In this document: positions 53,201 to 61,497 of the stretch, in pieces | How positions within the stretch are numbered: the first letter of the stretch is position 1 | Layout of the letters: every line of letters begins with the position of its first letter | Assembly (NCBI GenBank): GCA_963666285.1 | Contig: OY762711.1 | Length of the DNA: 64,000 nt | Direction: 5' to 3' (one strand) | Origin: Sedimentisphaerales bacterium | GTDB taxonomy: Bacteria > Planctomycetota > Phycisphaerae > Sedimentisphaerales > SM23-30 | Position numbers and translations under genes: made by a program | Notes under the pieces: model-generated | What the model saw: only the letters and a program-made list of their open reading frames with translations | What the model was told of the DNA's origin: nothing | Databases searched by the model: none

Positions 53201-54303
53201 CAGAGAGTGCCGTTATTATCATCAACAGCAAATTCCGGTTTGAATTCCTCGCTGTAATAAGAAGAAGCCTTTATATTCTTCTGTAACAGCAGATTGTCAA
53301 ACGGATTGGTATTTTCGCCAAGATATCCTATGCCGGTGTGAGTCGGTTTGACTTTTTTGATCGTATTATTGGGTCCAAACTCTAATAGATCGGCAGCAAT
53401 CTGGCGATGCATGCCATGATTAGAATGCGGATTGTCATGACGATGATAGATGATATAATACCGGCCATCCTGTTCGAGCATGCAATGATGCCCCGGTCCA
53501 TGTATGGAACCGTCAGTGTTGGTTGACAAAATCGGGTTATTCACATTATCGAAAGTGTAGGGTCCCCAGATGTCTTTGGCGGTTGCATACTGGACACAAT
53601 AAGTATCAGTGTGGCAGGAACCGGAAGAATACATGAGATAATATATCCCATCCTTTTTGATCATAAAAGGCCCTTCAAACACATCTTTAAGCTGGGTGTT
53701 AGGTATAATGCCTTTGGTACTATCGATTGGCAGCATATCAGGACCGACCTCGACCATACCACAACCATGGCCGTTATAAATTGCCCAGGTACAGAATTTG
53801 CCGTAGCGTTTACCATCATCATCTTTGAAAATCTGCCAGTCGAGAGTGATAACGGGATCAACATACTTATTTGGAATTATCATACCGTCCATATTGACAT
53901 CTCGATCAGGTTTCATACTGGTCCAAGGTCCAAGAGGTGACTCGGAATAGCCGGCATGAATCTGGCATGGCTGCGAATAATAAAAATAATATAGACCATT
54001 ATCATCCTGAACGACATCCGGGGCCCAGATATATTGAGATTTGGGCCAATTCATGGAAAGGTTGGTCCAGTTAACAAAATCTTTACTAACCCACACCTGA
54101 GAAGGACCATTGCCGGCAGCAGTACCGTCAGTGGTGGCATACATATAAAATGTATCGCCGAATTTTCGAACGGTAGGATCGGCATAATAACCAGGCACAA
54201 TCGGATTGCCCATACCCGGACTGTCATGTGCAGTATCACCTGCATTGACAACCAGGCATAGATTCCCAATAAACAGCAAAAATAAGCTTAAAATAGTCTT
54301 CAT
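50284..54303 (-). CDS. Modular GH43 glycosidase with F5/8 (CBM32-like), several LamG-like, FN3-like and C-terminal beta-sandwich domains
   Basis: NPIVPGYYADP, WAPD, FEGPF, GPGHH; LEVDLG..YSTDG F5/8; WHHIAV..VYIDG LamG. ATG 54303 preferred to 54315. Confidence 0.88.
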   Translation of the reverse strand: MKTILSLFLLFIGNLCLVVNAGDTAHDSPGMGNPIVPGYYADPTVRKFGDTFYMYATTDGTAAGNGPSQVWVSKDFVNWTNLSMNWPKSQYIWAPDVVQDDNGLYYFYYSQPCQIHAGYSESPLGPWTSMKPDRDVNMDGMIIPNKYVDPVITLDWQIFKDDDGKRYGKFCTWAIYNGHGCGMVEVGPDMLPIDSTKGIIPNTQLKDVFEGPFMIKKDGIYYLMYSSGSCHTDTYCVQYATAKDIWGPYTFDNVNNPILSTNTDGSIHGPGHHCMLEQDGRYYIIYHRHDNPHSNHGMHRQIAADLLEFGPNNTIKKVKPTHTGIGYLGENTNPFDNLLLQKNIKASSYYSEEFKPEFAVDDNNGTLWKAKTNQLPQTLEVDLGQVKNIQRTRIQFQYPNWYYQYLIEYSTDGINWLIFSDKRNNVLEGCPMVDFADVRARYLRLTVTGLEKPGMSAAIWNFKAFEGATYDPPQLLVHLEANDMPEGPCKELSNHRGMMGGAFIPDALTIVGNIDHNNAIVISGGRSITLNKPVPDTIINNKVFTKIIKVNCDDGKIKQIASVGDGKNLMTYLDGKLIDTEKITKPLNDLFSFTSLAQNNKTELCSLRIYARALHPSEIEYLMQQPYQKPVPPAAQPKGLLVDLDSAGLEIGRTVDRWFNNGLLKEKFLPQGSVPIVELVAGVKAVTFKGEDSLRSDFQYPKSLYGNASYTIAVWAFNPEIADTETMVSWGRYGGLEATSASLGYGRNRDLGAIAHNGWADMRYNQVPEAAKWHHIAVAFDGHMEKVYIDGKLDNQAQKMLHITPTEEIFIGRSHDRSGLFSGSIASLKIYDQALDSGQISELAAQKPHSEVFAKLDFSSLDYGPLQSISNSGSMEGQFTAVSQPPVIKDADGRIALYFDGTEELISDSSVDIGSSFSIEAFVISDPQNQAAFFNRVKDNKYIPFPVKLKNTWSHVVITSNGMVYVDGKMVPSTRKAILDLTVGEKLSIGKNFKGAITDIAVFNKALTESDIAGFYESHTQDLEPPAPVQFDTEPTAMTLSSVRMSAQKANDLSGRVQYYFEETSGNPGGKTSGWINDNYFENYGLQPNIEYAYTVKVRDYHGNVSKASEPVKVKISPDDFVIFYDDFSQDHDFLADGTEGTIWDGLITNISDKMTVTQAKTSNGMFRLEATGAIADEANGAPLLYKNIDGDFIIEAKVAPYQGWNNRRPPGLLEPAIMVRVANNSDAGPGEDHLRSGIFPYWDCGNIWTSKDGRGRRQGFNRTSYNSDMYLQIQRAGNIFHFRTSPDGKNWEPLPETPIWRSDMDGLPLQAGLTQSIHRDNETGWVEFDWFKLIVKKK

Positions 54304-54965
54304 ATAAAATTCCAATCACAAAAGAGCATCACACATTTATATAATACTTTAGGCAACCAAAATCTTAAGCTATCACAACAAAAGCAATTTCAAAAGGCCA
54401 CCTATAAACTCAATATTGCGTGATTGACTAACAAGAATGTTTAACAATGATAATATATTAGAAATATTTGATGTTTATGTAAACATTAAATATCTATCAC
54501 TACATGAGTTAATAACACAGATTCTGAACCGGTTAAGTACAAAAATCAGAAGAAAATAATAAAGGCAAAGTAAAAATGTTTAATTAACCAGTAGTTACTT
54601 TAATTTTAACACAATTGAATGATAGAATTTTAACCTCATGTATAAAAATATTTATGAAAAAAATGTATGATTTGAAGTTTTTTTTTGGAAAGATTTTCGG
54701 TTATGAGCAGAAAAAATGCAAGTTTGGCAATACCTCTGGCATGTTCATATTTAATTCTTAAAATAATAATATTCAACCATTATATCTATTGAATACGTCA
54801 AGCCTTTGATAAACAAACAGTTAGGCTTGACTTGTTAAACCACAATGAATTACCGAAAGGCAATTATTTAGGATGATATGGAACCAACTAACTGTAATTC
54901 TTTATAATACAAGCACATATATACAATCAAGAATTTGTGACAGGCTAGTAGAAAAAAAATAATTA

Positions 54966-55008
54966 CAAAAAAAGGCTACTAAGGATATTTTCATACCTAA
55001 GCAGCCTT
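54966..55008 (-). terminator. Probable terminator after the GH130-like gene
   Basis: AAGGCT.CT.AGG...CCT.AG.AGCCTT imperfect stem with a T-run on minus. Confidence 0.55.
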
Positions 55009-55090
55009 ATTAATATAATACAGTAATTTTGTTATAATAAAATATAACATCTACACTACGTTAAAGCGAAGCAGGATTCCATATGGAAGG

Positions 55091-56224
55091 TTATAGCTTA
55101 TCACATACTGCTACACCTACATAAGAATCAGCAGTACCATAGTACAGATACCATTTATCCTTGAAATAAACCAAACCTTCGATAAATACAGTACCATCGG
55201 TGTACTGCCCGCTTTTTTCAAAGTCTAACTCAGGCTTGAAGAAATAGTTATCACATCGATCAAGAACTTTAGTCGGGTTATTTACATCCAGCAGCAGCTG
55301 GCCGGCAGAATAGGCACCTTTGCCAATAGTTTTATCAGCACCACTGTTTTTGCCGTTATAAAGCAGAATAATACCATCTTTTGTCACAACAGCAGGAGGA
55401 CCGGCTTCAGTTAAAAGACTATCGAACTTGTCACGCCTTGGCTTAATAAGAGTAAGTAACTCACCTTTATCATCTAAAACAGGTTTCCAGTCCATCAGAT
55501 CATCTGAAGTAGCAGCCAGAATGCGATTTTCGCCCCAATACATCCAGTATTTACCATTGATCTTTATCGCTTTAAGACGACCATCCTGAATTTTAGTAAC
55601 AACAGAAGCAGCTTTATGCCAGCTATTCAGGAATTTACCATTATATGCATCTTCAAAAATAGGCCCGTGTTTTGTCCAGTTTTTGAGGTCTTTGGAACTG
55701 GCAACACCTAACCGAGCAGAACGTGAAGTACCAAAAGGATTGTCCCTGTTCCACATAGTATAGTAGATATAAAAAGTTCCATCAGGGGCTTCAACAACCC
55801 TGGGATCTTCGCAACCACCTTTCCATTCAAACTGCCTGGAATTGTCGTCAGCAGGATAAAACACCGGTACAGGTTCTCTTTTGAAATTTATGCCGTCAGA
55901 TGAACGGGCAAGTCCAACACGAGATGTATGACCACCAAGCGATTCCCCGCTGCCATCTTCGGCACGATAAAGAACACATATCTGGTCCCGGTATACAACA
56001 GCGGCAGGGTTAAAAGTGTCGCTACTTTCCCATTTTACCATTTTACCGGTCATAGGACATTTAAATGTGGTATCAGATCGCGGTGAAATAATCGGGGAAT
56101 CTACAGGCCTTTTAAACGGGCCAAGCTGCCAGTCAGAACCAGCATAAACAAATGATACATTAATAGATAAAATTACAGACAGACACAATAACAATGTGGT
56201 AAAGAAAGATTTTGATTTTGTCAT
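55091..56224 (-). CDS. GH130-related secreted beta-mannoside-active enzyme
   Basis: Signal peptide; TFNPAA, LYRAED, GGCEDPRV, EAGPP, VFIEGLV, LYYGTAD. Confidence 0.88.
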   Translation of the reverse strand: MTKSKSFFTTLLLCLSVILSINVSFVYAGSDWQLGPFKRPVDSPIISPRSDTTFKCPMTGKMVKWESSDTFNPAAVVYRDQICVLYRAEDGSGESLGGHTSRVGLARSSDGINFKREPVPVFYPADDNSRQFEWKGGCEDPRVVEAPDGTFYIYYTMWNRDNPFGTSRSARLGVASSKDLKNWTKHGPIFEDAYNGKFLNSWHKAASVVTKIQDGRLKAIKINGKYWMYWGENRILAATSDDLMDWKPVLDDKGELLTLIKPRRDKFDSLLTEAGPPAVVTKDGIILLYNGKNSGADKTIGKGAYSAGQLLLDVNNPTKVLDRCDNYFFKPELDFEKSGQYTDGTVFIEGLVYFKDKWYLYYGTADSYVGVAVCDKL

Positions 56225-56296
56225 ATTATTTTAATACTCCTTTTTTTCAATTTATTGCATTGACTGACAATATAACTTAAAAAACAATATAAATCA

Positions 56297-56346
56297 ATAA
56301 AAAAACAAGTCGAAAGCAAATGCATAACACATACTATTCGACTTGT
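56297..56346 (-). terminator. Hairpin between the GH92 and GH130-like genes (terminator or mRNA-stabilising)
   Basis: ACAAGTCGAA (56305-56314) / TTCGACTTGT (56337-56346) with a T-run on minus. Confidence 0.55.
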
Positions 56347-56380
56347 ATACATATAAGGCACCCTTAAAAATTACTGCGAA

Positions 56381-58720
56381 TCAATACATCTCAAATAACT
56401 CAGATGTATTAGTACCCAGCTTTTTGTTTGGTTCAGGACCCATTTGGAATTCCAAGACTCCTCCCTTAATGATTTCATCGTGTTTTATCCAAAGTCTCTG
56501 CAAATCCTTACCATTTAGTTTTACAGACTGAATATATGTATTAACTTCAGAATTATCAATAGTTCTAATCGTAAATGTTTGCCCATTGGCATATTTATCA
56601 CTAAGTTTATACGTAACACTATCAAACAATGGACTGGTCAGAATATAAATGCCATCACCAGGGCATACAGGATGCATACCACTAGCAGCAAGAACATACC
56701 ATGCAGACATTTGACCGACATCTTCATTACCGCACAAACCATCAATGCCAACACCGTAAGCATTTTCACAGACAATTCGGCTCCATTTCTGAGTTAACCA
56801 CGGCATACCGACATATGGGAACATAAACGCAACCTGATGTACCGGTTCGTTTGGATGATTATAATAATCATTCCAGGTAAATTTTTTCGGTGCTTTTTCA
56901 AAAAATGCAATGAGTTCCTGAATAAAATAATCTTTACCAAAAAGCTCAATCAAACCTTTAATATCATGAGGGACAAACCACCCCTGCTGATAAGGATTGC
57001 TTTCTACACAGCCCTGACCATGTACAGTTTTACCTCGCCAGTCATACCACTGCCCATCAGCTTTACGAGCATGAAACCATTGGACAGCCGGATCGTAAAT
57101 ATTTTTATAAGCCTGTCCTCTCTGATAGTACTTTTCAGCATCCTGGCTATTATTCAATAAATCAGCAAATCGGCCGACACACCAATCAGTATAGGCATAT
57201 TCCAGCGTCTGGGATATATTACCCGGTCGATATCCCTTGGGAGCATTACCGAACTTTTCGACAGAATTTTTACAATAAAGATAAGCTTTGTCAATATCGT
57301 AATCTCTAATCCCCTTGGTATAAGCATCAACAATAACGGAAACAGCCGGATTTCCGATCATACAACCAGAAAATGAATTCAATATTTCCCATCGCGGATA
57401 ATATTGTTTGCCACTTAACTCAGCTAACTGAATAAGAGAATTTATTTCATCATTAACCATTTCGGGGTTAATGATTGTCTGAAGTGGAAACTGGCTGCGA
57501 AAAACATCCCAGCCGCTAAAAATAGTACGATACTGAAATTTATCAGAAGAATGGATTTTGTTATCAGCACCACGATATTTACCATCGACGTCAGAAACAC
57601 AACGGGGATCAATCATTGTATGATACATTGCCGTATAGAATATTTCTTTCTGCTGTTCGGTTCCACCATCGACATTAATACGAGATACGGCACGGTTCCA
57701 TTTTCTGGCAGCCTGATTGCGAACCTGATCGAAATCCCAGTTTTTGATATCTTCTTCAAGGTTTTTACGCGCACCATCCATACTAACAAAAGAAATGCCG
57801 GATTTAACCAGAACCTGACTGCCTTTCTTTGTCGGAAATTCGAGGTAAAAGCCAAGATGTTCACCCTGTTTTTCTTTACAGCCATTTTCAACAATTGCTT
57901 TGGCAACCAGATCTTTATAACGAGCACTGGTAACATCATCTCTTTTTCTATTCCAGTCATCAGGTATATCAACAGACCAAATGCCATATTGCTTCAGCGG
58001 AACACTAAACTGACAATAAAAATATACAGTATAATCAGCTTTTCCATCACCATTACCCCATCCGCCGCCTTTAGGCGGGCATTTCATCCATCCCTGAATG
58101 GTATTAGAATCAAGGATCTTTATATACTGCTCGGTTGAAGTGCCACCAACTCTCCTGGCAAGATCGATCTGAATACGAGCCTGATCGGTTTCCGGAAAAG
58201 TAAACCTTAATATGCCGGCATGGGTTGCCGCAGTCATTTCTGCCTGAATATTATAATCATCCAGTATTACAGAATAATAGCCTGCTTTGGCGATCTCTGT
58301 ATCATGGATAAATCTCGAGCGATACCCATTTTCCGGAGCATCAGCAGGCCCATTTACTGTTTTCAGAGGTCCGATTGTTGGCATAACAAGGAAGTTACCC
58401 AAATCACCATACCAGCCAATACCACTCATATGGGTAAAACTGAAACCCTCGATAGTTTTATGATGCCAGGAATAACCCGGACCATTATCGCCACCAGTTA
58501 TAGTATCAGGACTTAACTGAACAAGCCCAAAAGGAGTTGTTGCCCCTGGAAACGTTTTACCAAGACCATGTAATACTCCGGCGGCTTCAGTTGAAGTAGA
58601 ACAACCTATCATCGGATTTATATATTCTACGGGCTGTTTAGCATAAAGAGCAGACTGTAATACAAATAACACTATAAAAACATTAAAATACCAAAACACT
58701 TTGCTTTTTTTCAGAAACAT
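56381..58720 (-). CDS. GH92 alpha-mannosidase
   Basis: PFGLVQLSPDT, FSFTHMSG, FSGWDVFR, SQTLEYAY, HPNEPVH, GNEDVGQMSAWY. Confidence 0.95.
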   Translation of the reverse strand: MFLKKSKVFWYFNVFIVLFVLQSALYAKQPVEYINPMIGCSTSTEAAGVLHGLGKTFPGATTPFGLVQLSPDTITGGDNGPGYSWHHKTIEGFSFTHMSGIGWYGDLGNFLVMPTIGPLKTVNGPADAPENGYRSRFIHDTEIAKAGYYSVILDDYNIQAEMTAATHAGILRFTFPETDQARIQIDLARRVGGTSTEQYIKILDSNTIQGWMKCPPKGGGWGNGDGKADYTVYFYCQFSVPLKQYGIWSVDIPDDWNRKRDDVTSARYKDLVAKAIVENGCKEKQGEHLGFYLEFPTKKGSQVLVKSGISFVSMDGARKNLEEDIKNWDFDQVRNQAARKWNRAVSRINVDGGTEQQKEIFYTAMYHTMIDPRCVSDVDGKYRGADNKIHSSDKFQYRTIFSGWDVFRSQFPLQTIINPEMVNDEINSLIQLAELSGKQYYPRWEILNSFSGCMIGNPAVSVIVDAYTKGIRDYDIDKAYLYCKNSVEKFGNAPKGYRPGNISQTLEYAYTDWCVGRFADLLNNSQDAEKYYQRGQAYKNIYDPAVQWFHARKADGQWYDWRGKTVHGQGCVESNPYQQGWFVPHDIKGLIELFGKDYFIQELIAFFEKAPKKFTWNDYYNHPNEPVHQVAFMFPYVGMPWLTQKWSRIVCENAYGVGIDGLCGNEDVGQMSAWYVLAASGMHPVCPGDGIYILTSPLFDSVTYKLSDKYANGQTFTIRTIDNSEVNTYIQSVKLNGKDLQRLWIKHDEIIKGGVLEFQMGPEPNKKLGTNTSELFEMY

Positions 58721-58744
58721 TATAATACCTCTTCGAAAAATAAA

Positions 58745-61330
58745 TTAGTAAATACGGATGGTTCGTACACCAAAACGCGGGATATTAAGTTTTAACTGCA
58801 GTAAATTTTCATTAATTTTAACAGGAACAATATCCTTTATCAACTTGTTATTGAGCTCGACTAACTGAATTTTTTCGGGTTTATAATGCAAATTTACAAT
58901 AATTTCATCAGCATCAGCCTCGGCATTAAAAAGCCTTAGATAATACTGATTATTATTAACCGTAACCGATGTTAATTCGACACCTTTTGTATCAATTTCC
59001 AGCAATGATTTACTTGGATTCTTAGGTCTGTTACCAGAAATTACTGCCAATAAAGGCTCGTTCCATGAAACACTTTCTGCATTTATGCCGGCCTGGACCC
59101 ATAGATCATAATGAGGTAATAATGCATATTTGATATCAGCAGGTCCATGAGTTACATAATTTCTTCCCCAAAGAGCTCGTCCTATATACTGAACAGTTAA
59201 ACCAAGAGGCATTTCCGGACTATTTATATAACTTGTTGTATGATCCGAAAATAAAGCCATGCCATATTTACCGGGATTGTCTGTTACATCCACCCAGTTT
59301 AATATTACATTATGCTTGATGGTATCCCAGCTATCAAAATATGTATCATCTAATTGACTTTCGCAAACATCAAAAGGAGCATTTTTGAATACCCTGCTGC
59401 CGAGACCTTTTAACGGGAAGCGAACCTGCAGCTTATATTTATCATTATAGAATGCCTTTTTCCATTCTTCAGCTTTATAATTATGCTTTTGAGAATAGGC
59501 CCCTATACCTGGCTGGTTTTGCCAATCGATGTGCAAATCAAAGTCAATTCGAGGTTTTTGGTCGTAAAAAGTTATATGCTGAATATAAGGATTTCCAGCT
59601 AAATTACCTTCAACTTTCAAACGTATCAGTAAAGGACCGCATTCGACAATAGAAACCCGGACATCATTGTCATAAGTAGAAATATACTTTTGCTCATCAT
59701 AAAAATATCCACCCAGGTTATTCAAGCCTTTCCCTTTATCAACCAGCTGGATATTATTCATTTTTTTGGCGATAAGACTTGTTATGCTCCCGCCCTGGGA
59801 AGGATTTATCACAGCCTGATAATACCTGGTATCAAGCCGGTAAGAGTCATTTTCGAGCGATATAATGCTAATGGAAGTTTTTTCATTGCAATTGGCACCT
59901 TTTTTGAGCTTATAAGTTGAATAGCCAAAAGCCGGAACAGATGCTTCAAATATAATTGTCTTTGTTTTATCCTGCTCAGTAACAAACTGCGATGGTACAT
60001 CTCTGCCTTTGCTGTCCTGAACAGAAATATCTTCAGCATCAATACCATCAGGCAAATTTATAACAGCTAAATCATTTCTTGCGCTTCCCAGAGTGTTAAA
60101 AACGGTAATACAGCGTTCATCAGTTGAATCACTTTCAGAAATGCCACGTATAGAATCATATATTATTGCATCTGCTATTTGATTAGATTTTCTGGTCCAT
60201 TCGGTAACATTAGTGGCCCAGTTGCCGCCCGGTCGGCCATTATAGGGAACAATCCAGCAATCATGGTGTTGAGAAAGCATCAAGGTCCGCCATGCTTGAT
60301 CAAGCTGCTTATCCGGATATTCACCGTGAAAGAAATTATTATTAAATGCCGCAATCTTTTCGGCCATAACGATTCGATTTTCAGTAAACCTGACTTCCTG
60401 AGCCAGTTTTTGCAGGATATGTGAACCCCAAACGAGTCCCGGCTTGACATCCTCAATAGTAAAATTCCAGTCAATAGGAGTTACCTTAGAAGCAGCCATA
60501 TTGATATAATCAGTCCAAAGAACATATTCACTTGGCCGGTAAAACTTTCGAATAACATTTTCCAGCCAAGGGCCATGCTTCCATCCGGCATCCTGAAAGC
60601 ACATGCCGACAGGATATTTGACATCACTGTCAAAACAAGACTGAATAAAAGAATTAGAATTATTCCATGATTCAGTCTGCCAGGTAGAGCCTTTTACCAG
60701 CCCTTCACAGGCATATCGGGGAACAGTTAGAATTGAAGAACCATCAGATGACTGCCAACGAACCAGATCATTGCCGAAAGCAGAAGTATACCCACCCCAG
60801 CAAGTGTCAGGATTCCTTAAAACTGCATATTTGAAGCCAAGAGAATTAAGCAACTGCGGCAGACAGCTTGTAAAACAAGGTTCTTCGCAAGAATAGGTTG
60901 TGAATTCAGCATCCGGGAAATGCTCTCTGACCTTCTCCATGCCGTATTGAAATTGCCTGATAATACTCTCACCGGAGATATTATAGCAATACGGCTGGGC
61001 ATAAGCCGGATTAACAAATTCAATACGCTTATCAGACTCATTGTCAGAATAAATCTTACGAAGCTCAGAAAGGCTATCCGGAGCCCGATCATTTACGACA
61101 TCCCAGCTTTCAGGCTCAATTTCCAGATTGATTTTCCAATCAGGATATTCCTGAAGTTTATCAACCATAAACTGAGTTTGCCACATAGGATAATGGCCGT
61201 AAATACCGCCATGATAGCCATCGGCAAAAAACGCCTGCTGACCGCAGCACATATGTACTGCAGACAACAGAAAAGCTACAAAAATATATCTTTTATACAG
61301 TGCGGTTTCGCACTTTTGGCTGTTTAACAT
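58745..61330 (-). CDS. GH38-like alpha-mannosidase
   Basis: PAYAQPY...SGESIIRQF, AWRTLMLSQHHD, VFNTLG, VPAFGY GH38 architecture. ATG 61330 preferred, since the ORF-track start at 61483 runs through a non-coding hairpin. Confidence 0.8.
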   Translation of the reverse strand: MLNSQKCETALYKRYIFVAFLLSAVHMCCGQQAFFADGYHGGIYGHYPMWQTQFMVDKLQEYPDWKINLEIEPESWDVVNDRAPDSLSELRKIYSDNESDKRIEFVNPAYAQPYCYNISGESIIRQFQYGMEKVREHFPDAEFTTYSCEEPCFTSCLPQLLNSLGFKYAVLRNPDTCWGGYTSAFGNDLVRWQSSDGSSILTVPRYACEGLVKGSTWQTESWNNSNSFIQSCFDSDVKYPVGMCFQDAGWKHGPWLENVIRKFYRPSEYVLWTDYINMAASKVTPIDWNFTIEDVKPGLVWGSHILQKLAQEVRFTENRIVMAEKIAAFNNNFFHGEYPDKQLDQAWRTLMLSQHHDCWIVPYNGRPGGNWATNVTEWTRKSNQIADAIIYDSIRGISESDSTDERCITVFNTLGSARNDLAVINLPDGIDAEDISVQDSKGRDVPSQFVTEQDKTKTIIFEASVPAFGYSTYKLKKGANCNEKTSISIISLENDSYRLDTRYYQAVINPSQGGSITSLIAKKMNNIQLVDKGKGLNNLGGYFYDEQKYISTYDNDVRVSIVECGPLLIRLKVEGNLAGNPYIQHITFYDQKPRIDFDLHIDWQNQPGIGAYSQKHNYKAEEWKKAFYNDKYKLQVRFPLKGLGSRVFKNAPFDVCESQLDDTYFDSWDTIKHNVILNWVDVTDNPGKYGMALFSDHTTSYINSPEMPLGLTVQYIGRALWGRNYVTHGPADIKYALLPHYDLWVQAGINAESVSWNEPLLAVISGNRPKNPSKSLLEIDTKGVELTSVTVNNNQYYLRLFNAEADADEIIVNLHYKPEKIQLVELNNKLIKDIVPVKINENLLQLKLNIPRFGVRTIRIY

Positions 61331-61349
61331 TATACGCAAAGTCCGGAAC

Positions 61350-61441
61350 AGGGCCTTGTGAATGAAAAACTTTACATTTAATTGTATTTTCGAGCAATTT
61401 CTCGAAAGTGTATTAAATTCAAAGTGTTGCAGGAAGGCCCT
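61350..61441. other. Long imperfect intergenic hairpin
   Basis: Nested pairs AGGGCCTT/AAGGCCCT, ACTTT/AAAGT, ATTTAAT/ATTAAAT and TTTCGAG/CTCGAAA. Confidence 0.7.
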
Positions 61442-61497
61442 TTTAGGCGATTTATGCAACTTAAAAACTACAAAAGTAAACATACATATAAACCTGA

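Noticed and set aside
57551..58138. 195-aa antisense ORF
   Set aside because: Shadow of GH92.
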